Numbered from the stretch's first letter, positions 8,074 to 17,535 are shown. The stretch is DNA of 64,000 bases from Bacteroidota bacterium (GCA_031400515.1 JANNQA010000042.1:4814-68813); one strand, 5' to 3'. Translations and numbers: made by a program. Notes: generated from the sequence alone by a model not told the origin.

Positions 8074-10242
8074 CTACAAAACCAATAACCCAATTTCTTT
8101 GAGTTCTTCCATCGTCTCACCATACCAGAAAAGTGTGAAATCCGAAAGATTGTGTTTGTTATAATTTTCATGCAGTTGTTGATAGGTCATCGATGGCGTA
8201 TTTTTTGGAACCATAGAAACCAACACCGATGCTAACCATTGACCTTCAGCATCAGGACATTCAATCTGGATGGACTCTTGCTTTGTTGAAATCCTGAGCG
8301 CTGACAGTGTTGAGTCGTAAGAGACAGGTCCGCCTATCCATATGAGGAAATTTCTCGCTTGTATTTCGCGGCCATGAGGTAGAGCAAGATAGGATGCAAT
8401 CAGATCAGGTGACAGAGACGTTTCGGGTACAGTGTGATCGAACCAGTTTTGAAGAGGATGATCGAGACATACGCCATGCATATAATTATATAGGGATTTA
8501 CTCAAACCCGTCCCAAATTTATTATGATCAGCTCCTGTAGAATCAAGGTGATCTAAATCGTTGTTTGCGAAAGTACCAATGCCCGGGGTGAGGATCTTTA
8601 CTTCAAATTTCTCCGGATACATCCCCACCGGACTATGCGCTGTAGCAGCAAATCTGTGCCAGAACGCAGACTGCAGAATATGTTCTTCAAACATTTGTCT
8701 TACGACTTCGAGTGAGTCAATGGTCTCTTGTGCAGTTTGAGTTGGAAAGCCATACATCAGATACGCATGTACCATAATTCCGGCCCTGTTAAAATTTTCT
8801 GTGACTCTCGCCACTTGTTCGACAGTAACTCCTTTTGCAATTAATTGGAGAAGTCTGTCCGATGCCACTTCTAATCCACCGGATATCGCAATGCATCCGG
8901 AAGCAGCAAGCAGACGACATAAATCATAATTAAAGCTCTTTTCAAAACGGATATTCGTCCACCAGCTTACAACCAGTTTTCTACTGAGTATCTCAAGGGC
9001 TACGGCTTTCATCAGTGCAGGAGGAGCGGCTTCATCGACAAAGTGAAATCCTTGTTCTCCGGTTTGTGCGATAAGACTTTCCATGCGATCCACGATCAGA
9101 GATGCAGACGATCCGTCATAGTTTTTGATGTAATCCAACGAGATGTCACAGAAAGTACATTTACCCCAGTAGCAGCCATGCGCCATCGTCAATTTATTCC
9201 ACCTTCCGTCACTCCATAGTCGATGCATTGGATTCGGGAGCTGGATCACGGACAAGTATTCCTTGAGCGGTAGATCTGCGTAATCCGGTGTGCCAACTTT
9301 CTCTTGTTTGATATCGGGATAAAGGCTTCCATTGCAATACTGCACGACTCCATTCACCAGGGCGAAGGTGCGTTTGAGCATTGAAACATCCAGACGACCG
9401 TCAACATATGAGAGCAGGTTCATCAAAGGAATTTCACCATCATCTAAACAGATGAAGTCCACAAATTCGAAAACACGCGCATCTGATATGGATCGTAGTT
9501 CAGTATTTGGATAGCCACCTCCCATCACGATATGTATGTGCGGGTGAGTTTGTTTTAACCATTGGCCACATTTCAGTGCTGCAAAAAGATTTCCCGGAAA
9601 TGGGACTGACAAACAAACCAGAGTCGGTTCGTATTCTTTGATGCGTTGTGCCAATATTGACAGCATCAGCTCAACGATATAGCTGGGATGCGCATTGAGC
9701 TCTTCATAAAGTTGATCAAATGCATGCGCTGACATACCAAGACGTTCTGCGTAGCGACTGAACCCGAAATGCGGATCCACCAGGTCTGTGATGAAATCTC
9801 CCAGATCTTCCAGATACAATGTAGCGATATGCCTTGCCTGGTCTCTGATACCCATTGTTCCAAATGCCCATTCGAAATCAGCGGTTTGTTCAAATTTGGA
9901 AGCTTCAGGAAGGAAGTTTCGTGTACAAATAAGATGGGATAGAGTGGGATCATCATCCTGCAGGTAGCGAATGACTGGTTCAATGGTATGCGTGTAGCTT
10001 TCTCTCAGCGTGTATATCCTTTGCGAATTTGGAGAGCCTTGTTGGATTTTTTCACTGGCTGTAGCAAATAATTGCTCAAGACCTTTTTTTGAAAACAACT
10101 TTAAGATGGTTTCAATACCAAGGTCCATCTGCGTGCTGGAGATCCCTTGTGAGTTCAGATAACCCTTGAGATAAGCTGTCGCTGGATACGGTGTATTAAG
10201 TTGCGTGAAGGGTGGGGTAACCAGTAGAATTTTCTGCTTCAC
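8074..10242 (-). CDS. B12-binding-domain radical SAM protein
   Basis: 722 aa. The N-terminal Rossmann-like region is cobalamin-binding type (KILLVTPPF…). The CxxxCxxC cluster motif is CYWGKCTFC. Confidence 0.85.
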   Translation of the reverse strand: MKQKILLVTPPFTQLNTPYPATAYLKGYLNSQGISSTQMDLGIETILKLFSKKGLEQLFATASEKIQQGSPNSQRIYTLRESYTHTIEPVIRYLQDDDPTLSHLICTRNFLPEASKFEQTADFEWAFGTMGIRDQARHIATLYLEDLGDFITDLVDPHFGFSRYAERLGMSAHAFDQLYEELNAHPSYIVELMLSILAQRIKEYEPTLVCLSVPFPGNLFAALKCGQWLKQTHPHIHIVMGGGYPNTELRSISDARVFEFVDFICLDDGEIPLMNLLSYVDGRLDVSMLKRTFALVNGVVQYCNGSLYPDIKQEKVGTPDYADLPLKEYLSVIQLPNPMHRLWSDGRWNKLTMAHGCYWGKCTFCDISLDYIKNYDGSSASLIVDRMESLIAQTGEQGFHFVDEAAPPALMKAVALEILSRKLVVSWWTNIRFEKSFNYDLCRLLAASGCIAISGGLEVASDRLLQLIAKGVTVEQVARVTENFNRAGIMVHAYLMYGFPTQTAQETIDSLEVVRQMFEEHILQSAFWHRFAATAHSPVGMYPEKFEVKILTPGIGTFANNDLDHLDSTGADHNKFGTGLSKSLYNYMHGVCLDHPLQNWFDHTVPETSLSPDLIASYLALPHGREIQARNFLIWIGGPVSYDSTLSALRISTKQESIQIECPDAEGQWLASVLVSMVPKNTPSMTYQQLHENYNKHNLSDFTLFWYGETMEELKEIGLLVL

Positions 10243-10343
10243 TTAATACGTGATTGTCTATAAATATAGCCAAGTGCTTCTTATCCTCTGCTCGTGATGC
10301 TTTTGGTGTGCATGGCATATTGCACAACGTGTTTTGGATTCTT

Positions 10344-10509
10344 GTCATTCCGAGCGAGGAGAGCAGCGACAAGTCGAGGAATAACGGGGTGTTCTCAAGT
10401 TTTACCCCGCGAGTTGGTGAAGACGCGTCTTCACCAACTCGCGGGGGAGATATCACAGGATCTCACTCATTCCTCGACTCTCCGCCTAAGGCGGATCGCT
10501 CGGAATGAC
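10344..10509. repeat. 166-nt REP/MITE-like hairpin element with 14-nt terminal inverted repeats and a perfect 42-nt central palindrome
   Basis: The ends are gtcattccgagcga (10344-10357) and tcgctcggaatgac (10496-10509). The palindrome ccccgcgagttggtgaagacgcgtcttcaccaactcgcgggg spans 10405-10446. Confidence 0.9.
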
Positions 10510-10691
10510 AATATCCTTCATTCATTAGGTCGTTGAAATAGCCTACTTATGCAATATGTCATGCACAGTGCTTTTTGGTATCGGCATTTCATGAAAAAAC
10601 CCCTAAAGAGTTTTGAGACACTTTAAGGGTCGTTCACATAGTGGTGCAGCCTCATGGCTACATTGATACTTGAAAGGAGGTTGAACTGTCG

Positions 10692-10982
10692 TCACACGTC
10701 CACCTGCATAGAAAGAAGGATTGGCTCCTTCACGGTGTGCCGGTCTTTAGCTTCCTGAATATTCGGATCATTCATGATCGCTCCAAGCTTATCCATATCC
10801 TTTACTTCCAGGACCAAAACCACAGATTTAGGATCATCTGCGTCCTGGAACGTCTTAAAGCTCGAAATTGCGGGAGCGAATAACCGCACTCTGTCGTCAT
10901 GACCTTCGAGCCATGTGTCGAAATCGCCCACTTTGTGTCGTACTACTACCGTTGGCATAATTGATGTTTTTTGATTTGACAA
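10692..10982 (-). CDS. Small hypothetical protein (possibly a ferredoxin-like/Dabb fold)
   Basis: 96-aa ORF with compact globular composition. An alternative start at Met9 (10958) is possible. Confidence 0.45.
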   Translation of the reverse strand: MSNQKTSIMPTVVVRHKVGDFDTWLEGHDDRVRLFAPAISSFKTFQDADDPKSVVLVLEVKDMDKLGAIMNDPNIQEAKDRHTVKEPILLSMQVDV

Positions 10983-11064
10983 AGTTGATTAAAAAATCCA
11001 CACATCCAAATTCTGTCGAGCCTATGAATAGCTCGAAACAAAGGGTTTAATTTATTTCCAATTT

Positions 11065-12297
11065 CTAATTTCCCGGATTGATTTCCAGGATTTCAATTGT
11101 TGTATCACAATGGTCTTCGTTATTAGCAATATCTCTGTCTTCCTGTTGACATTCGAGGATTGACGAAAAATTAATTTCGGACATTTTAGAAAAGCCCTTC
11201 ATCGTGATCAGGTCCACATCGCTGAGTTTTGCATCATTGCTCAACATGTCATCCTGCAATTCCTGAGATTGCCCGCCATTCAGAAATTCATAAAGTATTG
11301 TCGTTGAGTTTGACTGAAGATCAATATCAGATGTGACGAACAGGAGCCTGGTTCCATTTGCCTTGAGCTGATTACTTTTTGAAAGAAGACTTTCGTATTG
11401 TGCACTAAAAGAACTTGACCTGTTATCGCTCCAATTGCTCCAGCCATCTGTAATGAAGATGAAGACATCTGGCTTTCGTGCTATGGCTTCATCAAAAGCA
11501 ACTGACCAATTTGTCCAGCTTGTAAATTTTGACTTGTCATTCTTATCACGCTTGTATTTCTGAAATGCCTCAATGAGGACGCGTTTGTCTGTCGATTCCA
11601 CCACCGACACGATGTCCGATCCGAACTCCACGATACAGAGTTGATGAGAATCCTGGGTAAAACTGGATTTTCTGACAAACTCTAATAGATGGTCACCAAT
11701 GAGAGTTCTTTCGTTTTTATCAATAGAAGAAGATCCATCGATGCCGATCATGACATGATTTTGCTGGCAGGGAAGGACCTGTGGATTAGCAGAGATATCA
11801 ATCACCGGGACGATCTTCAGATCCTTAATCCCAAGATATTGACTGATGTTCACGCCAAGAGAATTTGAAAACTCAAGATTGATAGAGTCGATCTGTTCAT
11901 TAAACCAGACGGGGATGGAGCCATGTATCCTTTCAAAAATGAGCATGTGTTCCTCGATGAGAATGTCCTTATTGACATCATCGAAGCTGTACGTAGGGTA
12001 GACCACTTCCTCATGACGATAGCCAGTGATTTTGACACCAAAGCGCAGATTCGAAAATTTTGCGGTTGACGCGTACCCGATTCCGGAAAGAGAGAAGATC
12101 ACCTTTCCCGTGCGATGTGGTTCGATCTTGATAAAGTAGGAGTTCGTGTCTGATTTCAGTTGTATCGATGACTCTGTAAACTCCCGGACGTACACATTTT
12201 GCGTAGTGATCGTAAAGGATTCCAGCACATTGGCTGTTGTAAATGATGGTATCAGGACGATGAGACTCACCGCCAGACGGGGGATCCACTTCTTCAT
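11065..12297 (-). CDS. Secreted von Willebrand factor A (vWA) domain protein
   Basis: 410 aa with a signal peptide and the MIDAS motif DGSSS in …VMIGIDGSSSIDKNE…, followed by …FIFITDGWSN. Confidence 0.65.
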   Translation of the reverse strand: MKKWIPRLAVSLIVLIPSFTTANVLESFTITTQNVYVREFTESSIQLKSDTNSYFIKIEPHRTGKVIFSLSGIGYASTAKFSNLRFGVKITGYRHEEVVYPTYSFDDVNKDILIEEHMLIFERIHGSIPVWFNEQIDSINLEFSNSLGVNISQYLGIKDLKIVPVIDISANPQVLPCQQNHVMIGIDGSSSIDKNERTLIGDHLLEFVRKSSFTQDSHQLCIVEFGSDIVSVVESTDKRVLIEAFQKYKRDKNDKSKFTSWTNWSVAFDEAIARKPDVFIFITDGWSNWSDNRSSSFSAQYESLLSKSNQLKANGTRLLFVTSDIDLQSNSTTILYEFLNGGQSQELQDDMLSNDAKLSDVDLITMKGFSKMSEINFSSILECQQEDRDIANNEDHCDTTIEILEINPGN

Positions 12298-12475
12298 GTT
12301 TTTGGCTCTTTGTTATATTATAAGTATTGATAATATATCAATGAACGTGCCAAGTTTGGAAATGGCGGAACCACCTTCGCTAAAGCTATGGCGGTCGAAG
12401 ACGGCGGACAGGCGAACGGCGAACAGGCTCGAAGAGGGTAGGAGAGAATGGGGAGTAGGATGAAAGGGAAAATTT

Positions 12476-12507
12476 ATTTTCCTAAAATATTAGGAAATAC
12501 GAAAAAT
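12476..12507 (+). promoter_or_regulatory. Candidate operator, copy 1 (palindrome TTCCTAA-N4-TTAGGAA) upstream of the GbsR-like regulator
   Basis: attttcctaaaatattaggaaatacgaaaaat ends 17 nt before the ATG. It is near-identical to the 13036-13067 copy. Confidence 0.55.
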
Positions 12508-12523
12508 CCGATATATTTGGGTT

Positions 12524-13021
12524 ATGAAATTCAAGGAAGCGAGGCAGGAATTCATCCAGATCTGGGGTGCTCTGGGCAGTAATTGGGGTATCAACAAAGC
12601 CATGGCACAGATTCATGCGTTGCTCATGGCAACCGAGCGTCCGGTAACGACCGATGAGATCATGGAAGAACTGCAGATTTCCAGAAGTAATGCTAATCTC
12701 AACCTCCGCGCACTGCTTGACTGGGGCTTGATATACAGGAAACATACTGCTGGCGACCGGAAAGAATATTTTGTTGCTGATAAGGATATGTGGACCGTAG
12801 CAATTAAGATTGTCAGGGAACGCAGGAAACGCGAAGTTGACCAGGTCGTGAAGGAGATTCGGCAGCTTTCGAAGTTTGATGCTGCCACGGCTGAAGAAAA
12901 GAATTTCAAGCACTTGCTGGAAGAAATGAATTCTTTGGCTGATTTAATGCTGAAAATGACTGATCTCCTGGAGAAAGCAGATAAACTGAAATTCTTAAAG
13001 TGGGTCGTGAAAGGTGTGTGA
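12524..13021 (+). CDS. GbsR/MarR-family winged-helix transcriptional regulator
   Basis: 165 aa with the pattern …WGINKAMAQIHALLMATERPVTTDEIMEELQISRSNANLNLRALLDWGLIYRKHTAGDRKEYFVA… characteristic of GbsR-type regulators. Confidence 0.75.
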   Translation: MKFKEARQEFIQIWGALGSNWGINKAMAQIHALLMATERPVTTDEIMEELQISRSNANLNLRALLDWGLIYRKHTAGDRKEYFVADKDMWTVAIKIVRERRKREVDQVVKEIRQLSKFDAATAEEKNFKHLLEEMNSLADLMLKMTDLLEKADKLKFLKWVVKGV

Positions 13022-13035
13022 TTTTTTTTGCTTCT

Positions 13036-13067
13036 ATTTTCCTAAAAATATAGGAAATACGAAAAGT
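13036..13067 (+). promoter_or_regulatory. Candidate operator, copy 2, directly abutting the ATG of the first membrane-protein gene
   Basis: attttcctaaaaatataggaaatacgaaaagt has about 30 nt near-identical to copy 1 and a TTCCTA-N6-TAGGAA palindrome. Confidence 0.55.
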
Positions 13068-13427
13068 ATGAAAACATTTTTGATCTACCTTCTCTACTTC
13101 CTGGTAAGCATTTGGCTTACATACAGAATAGGCAACAGCCTTCACAGGAATGGCAGACAATGGATCATAGACTTGATTGGAGATATTCAGCTTTCAGACA
13201 GGATTAACGATATCCTTCTTCTTGGATACTGGTTGATCAACATGGGTTACCTCCTGATCACCCTCATGCTAAGCTGGGTAAGGGATGAATCTTTGGCTGC
13301 GATTATTGAATTCTTCAGTGCAAAACTCGGACTCATCCTGTTGATCCTTGCAATGTTGCACTTTCAGAATATTGGTTTGCTTCTTCTTTTTTCTAAACTA
13401 AAATCTAAATACAAATGGCACCTTTAA
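13068..13427 (+). CDS. Small 3-TM membrane protein (paralog 1)
   Basis: I start the gene at the ATG at 13068 (MKTFLIYLLYF…). The tracked ORF start at 13014 would read through the operator box. Confidence 0.6.
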   Translation: MKTFLIYLLYFLVSIWLTYRIGNSLHRNGRQWIIDLIGDIQLSDRINDILLLGYWLINMGYLLITLMLSWVRDESLAAIIEFFSAKLGLILLILAMLHFQNIGLLLLFSKLKSKYKWHL

Positions 13428-13813
13428 TTATTGTTGTCTACGCGGTGTATATCGCTTTTATTACAGCCGCTACGATCTATGTAGCACGCACATTGTTTTC
13501 GAACAGCAAGATGTTTATGTTCACCATATTCAATGGTCGTGAAGCGCTTGCACTTGCTACGAATAAACTCTTTGAGACAGGTTTTTTCCTGCTTGCGTTC
13601 GGACTTGGATTATGGTTTCTTGAAACACGAGAGATCATCGATACTCACCGAAGGTTATTTGAGGTACTCAGTGTGAAATCCGGTGGCTTCACCATTTTTC
13701 TCGGTATGCTCCTCTTCTTCAATCTCTATCTTTTTTTCCGAGGTATGAAGCATAGGAGGAAATCTTCTGAAAGCGTTGTGGAGGGACAAACAGTTTCGGA
13801 ACAACGCGTGTAG
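13415..13813 (+). CDS. Small 3-TM membrane protein (paralog 2)
   Basis: 132 aa with the same topology as, and weak similarity to, the preceding gene. It overlaps that gene by 13 nt. Confidence 0.6.
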   Translation: MAPLIIVVYAVYIAFITAATIYVARTLFSNSKMFMFTIFNGREALALATNKLFETGFFLLAFGLGLWFLETREIIDTHRRLFEVLSVKSGGFTIFLGMLLFFNLYLFFRGMKHRRKSSESVVEGQTVSEQRV

Positions 13814-13815
13814 AA

Positions 13816-14736
13816 ATGAAAAGAATCGTCATCACCGGAGGTACAGGATTCATTGGGTTGAGTCTGGCCAAACATCTTTCAGAGCATGGGTTGATTCCGA
13901 TTTTGATTGGAAGAAATGCACCAAATGCCAAAATCAATTTTGAATATGTCAGGTGGGATGCAATACATCCCGGGGATTGGATAAAAGCACTTGATGGTGC
14001 ATTCGCTATCGTGAATCTGGCTGGGAGATCCGTGGATTGCATCAAATCACCTGACAATTGCGATGAGATCCTGAGATCCAGGGTTGATTCAACAAAAGTA
14101 ATCGGCCAGGCTTTAAGACAAGTAGCCAATCCACCAAAGATCTGGCTGCAAATGTCTACCGCCCATATTTATGGAGACCCTCCAGTACAAATGTGCACGG
14201 AAAGTTCAAGCATGGGTTATGGACTGGCACCATTTGTTGGTATGGCTTGGGAGAATGCATTGCTAGAATCAATACCAGGCGGTGTGCGTGAGGTGAGATT
14301 GAGGACAAGTTTCGTACTCGGTAGAAATGGAGGTGCATTGAAAAAATTAATAAAAGTTGCAAGGCTTGGATTCGGCGGTAGGGTAGGACATGGCAGGCAG
14401 GGTATGAGCTGGATTCATCAGGATGATCTGAATGAGATTATGTATCAGACTATTGTGAGTAGCAGTTATCAAGGTATTTACAATGCAAGTTCACCAAATC
14501 CGGTTTCGAATGAGGCATTCATGAAAGCAATCCGAAAGAATTTGAAAATACCTTTTGGACTTCCTACTCCTGATTTGCTGGCCCGAGTTGGAGCCAGGAT
14601 ATTCTTCAGGACTGATCCGGAATTGGCCCTCTATGGCCGATATGTAAAATCGGAAAGGTTAGAAAAAGAAGGCTTTAAGTTTAAATACGCAGAGATAGAT
14701 GAGGCATTGAAGGATTTGTTACAGCGAAGCGAATAG
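13816..14736 (+). CDS. TIGR01777/YfcH-type NAD-dependent epimerase-dehydratase family protein
   Basis: 306 aa with the N-terminal motif ITGGTGFIG and a C-terminal DUF1731-like end (…GFKFKYAEIDEALKDLL). Confidence 0.8.
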   Translation: MKRIVITGGTGFIGLSLAKHLSEHGLIPILIGRNAPNAKINFEYVRWDAIHPGDWIKALDGAFAIVNLAGRSVDCIKSPDNCDEILRSRVDSTKVIGQALRQVANPPKIWLQMSTAHIYGDPPVQMCTESSSMGYGLAPFVGMAWENALLESIPGGVREVRLRTSFVLGRNGGALKKLIKVARLGFGGRVGHGRQGMSWIHQDDLNEIMYQTIVSSSYQGIYNASSPNPVSNEAFMKAIRKNLKIPFGLPTPDLLARVGARIFFRTDPELALYGRYVKSERLEKEGFKFKYAEIDEALKDLLQRSE

Positions 14737-14862
14737 GGCCATTGAGGTCGAGAGATCTCAGTCGCAATAGCACTACTAAACTTCATCCCAAAATTCAAAA
14801 CACGTGAGCGTCCGAACGCATTTCTCACCTTCTCGCTCTCTCACCTTCTCACATTCTTCTCC

Positions 14863-15363
14863 CTACTTCCCCTTCATATCCGCAGGAGGCTGTAGTATAC
14901 TTATGCGGTTACCTTCTGTGTCAACAAATGCAACATAAGCTCCGATTCCGGGTATATCCATTGGTTCGCCAAGCACCTGGCCGCCGGCTTTGGTAATTTT
15001 CTGTATGGATTTTTTGATGTTATCAACTGAGATCACAATCGATGGATATTGCGCCGGCATATCATCAGTTTTGAGATAGAAGCCGCCATTGATGATGCCC
15101 CCTTTCTTTGGAGTTCCGTTTTTAGTGACTTCGGTAGTAGTCGCTGCTGTCACATAGTTTCCCATGTCCTTGCCGAGCATTTGTGTTTTCCAACCAAACG
15201 CAGAGGTGTAAAATTTTGCCATTCTCTTGCTGTCTCCTGCCGGCATTTCGAAGTGAACAACAGGGTCTGCTCTTCTTACAGTCGGAGTTTTGGAGGCGGG
15301 TGCTTTTGCAGCGGCTTTTTTGGTGCTTGCTTTTTTAGTGGCTGTTTTTTTGGAAGCTTTCAT
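14863..15363 (-). CDS. VOC/glyoxalase-fold protein with a Lys/Ala-rich histone-H1-like N-terminal tail
   Basis: 166 aa. The tail is MKASKKTATKKASTKKAAAKAPASK…. The VOC core follows (VVHFEMP…FGW…GAYVAFVDTEGNRISI). Confidence 0.7.
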   Translation of the reverse strand: MKASKKTATKKASTKKAAAKAPASKTPTVRRADPVVHFEMPAGDSKRMAKFYTSAFGWKTQMLGKDMGNYVTAATTTEVTKNGTPKKGGIINGGFYLKTDDMPAQYPSIVISVDNIKKSIQKITKAGGQVLGEPMDIPGIGAYVAFVDTEGNRISILQPPADMKGK

Positions 15364-15654
15364 TTTTTATAAGTTTTTTTTAATGTGCATAATCAGACAG
15401 AAAACAGGAATGCAAGTATAGGGTGTGTTTCGGTAATGTGGAGTAAATTTTAGATAAAAAAGTGCCACATACTTTTAAAAGTGCCACATGGTTTTAGCTA
15501 AGTACAGGGGAACCGATTTCAAAATCGAATCTCAGAAAATGTCAAAAATGATGTCTACTGGTTTTATGCAGGGTGGCAGCAATGCAACATCACACCCTTG
15601 TCGAAGGTTTTGGTTTTGATCATTTTCAGTCCTTCTATGCTCAAATTGTGCTGT

Positions 15655-16152
15655 TCAATTCTCTTGTGTCGTATCTAATTTGTCAAGACATTGATGCCAA
15701 CTTTTAATACAATCATCCTAAGCTTCGACAGGTACACCTTAGTGCTGTAATAACATATGCGTTTTACCTCCATCTTCCTGAAAGTCAACAGTTAGAGTGA
15801 GTTCAAGTGGCCATTCACCCGGCAAGTTTAGATCAGAAGCCGGGATAATATTTCCTTTACGATCTACAAAACTATCGGTATACACGATTTTTTTGAGAGG
15901 GATGATTTCTTTGTATGTGCCTGTTGACCAAATCTTTATTCCATCTTCCCCTTGCATGGAGTTCAGATATTTTCCTCCTACTCTAAGGTCAATGGAGCAA
16001 TCCAGACACTTATAGTTCTCCGGACCAAACCATTTTTTAAAATTTTCAGGTACTGTCCATGCTTTCCACACATTCTTTAGCGGAAGGTTGAATGTTCTCT
16101 TGATGCGAATGGATTTTTGCACCTCAGCGGTTGTGTTTTCAGTCATTTTCAT
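15655..16152 (-). pseudogene. SRPBCC/AHSA1-family gene interrupted by two in-frame stop codons
   Basis: The intact ORF 15739..16152 ends …THMLLQH-TAA. The same frame continues GVPVEA-TAG-DDCIKSWHQCLDKLDTTQEN-TGA, and this tail matches the conserved C-terminal GW..LDKL motif of the family. Confidence 0.65.
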
Positions 16153-16337
16153 TGTGTTTAAGTGTAACGGCTGTATTACTCTGCAAGGCTGAGCAATTAT
16201 AAATTTAACGTGTTACATAATTCAGAAAATAGGTTACATGATTCCCGCATTGGAGGTTTGTGTAAACTTCCACACACACTAATGCTACTTTTCTGTAAAG
16301 AAGGGACGTAGGGGGACTGAAGACCTTATCGTAGGTT

Positions 16338-17515
16338 CTATTCTATCACATACACCGATCCTGCAGCAGAGACTGAGTTATCATTTTGATTTCCATTGAT
16401 CCCTGTGGCAATGGAATCTTCCTGATGTGATCCAACTACCAACATGTTGCCATCTGCAGTCAGACTTAAAGTCCATCCAAAAAAATCTGAAGTTTCTGTA
16501 TTCGATGCTTTGATATAGTGTTCCTGAAGCCAGATGCTACCAACCTTTCTACGCAGATATACAGCTCCTGCACTACTGGCAGTATTGTCGCTTTGATCCC
16601 CATCGAGTCCAAGAGCATTTGAATCTTCAGACGGTGTCCCCACTGCCAATGTCTTCCCATCTGCACTCAAACAAAGTGCATAGCCAAAAGTATCATCGCT
16701 TTCGCTGTTCGATGCTTTCATATAGGACTGTTGAGACCAGGACCCTGAATTGAGAAATACATAAACAGCCCCTGAGTTGCCGACAGAATTGTCATTTTGA
16801 TTTCCTCCGATCCCGGTCGCATTGGAGTCTTCATTTGGAGATCCTACAGCAATTGTAATTCCATCTCCGCTTATACTCACTGTGTTGCCGAACCGGTCAT
16901 CTGCATTTGTATTTGATGCCTTCACATATGCCTGTTGTGACCAGACAGAACCTGTCCTCACGAAGACATACGCTGCTCCGGAATTGGGTGCAGAGTTGTT
17001 GCTTTGAATTCCTTCGATGCCAGTCGCGTTAGAATCCTCAAAAGGAGCTCCTGCTACGAGATGATTTCCGTCTGCGCTGATACTCTGTGCATAGCCAAAC
17101 AAATCGCCGTTAGAGGTATTCGATGCTTTGATATAGGCTTGTTGTGTCCATGTTGTACCTGTTCTTTCAAAAACATAGACCGCACCGGAATTACTGGCCG
17201 AGTTGTTCGCCTGGTTTCCATTGATCCCGGTGGCATTGGAATCTTCCTGATATGCGCCTACTGCCATTGTGTTCCCATTTGCGCTCAGGCTCACATTCCA
17301 ACCAAAGAAATCATTGGCGCCTGTATTCGAAGCTTTGATATACGCCTGCTGAGACCATACCGTACCTGATCTTACGTAAAACTTATTACGAATGGTTACG
17401 GCAATCCGGCAGTTCAGCGCTTATACTCGTGACATAACCATATAGATCAAGAGTATCTGTATTCGAAGCTTTCACATAGGTATAGTTTCCATCATAAGGA
17501 GTATTGCCCAGAACT
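16338..17515 (-). pseudogene. FG-GAP/beta-propeller repeat protein gene that is 5'-truncated and decayed
   Basis: There are 5 or more units of about 66 aa (…EDSNATGI.GNQ.NNS..NSGAVYVF…W.QQAYIKASN….FG…S.SADGN…). There is no signal peptide. The frame stays repeat-like only to about 17385. At 17405-17515 the repeat unit continues in another frame (GNYTYVKASNTDTLDLYGYVTSISAEL) with an internal deletion. Confidence 0.7.
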
Positions 17516-17535
17516 GCGATAATGCCTTTGCCGCC

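Noticed and set aside
10243-10343. A cobalamin riboswitch upstream of the B12-binding radical SAM gene.
   Set aside because: I could not find a B12-box-like core or the expected conserved stems by eye. The region is instead occupied by the REP-like palindromic element.
12512-12519. TATATTTG as a Bacteroidota -7 promoter box (TAnnTTTG) for the GbsR-like gene.
   Set aside because: It lies only 5 nt from the ATG, which would leave no room for a transcription start and 5' UTR. It is probably coincidental.
12482-12913. 143-aa and 98-aa minus-strand ORFs.
   Set aside because: They are antisense to the GbsR-like regulator, which has a clear family signature. They show no features of their own.
15718-15741. 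Stop-codon reassignment or programmed readthrough as an explanation for the two in-frame stops in the SRPBCC gene.
   Set aside because: TAA, TAG and TGA all terminate other well-defined genes in the window at the expected family lengths. Simple pseudogenisation or a sequence error is the more economical explanation.
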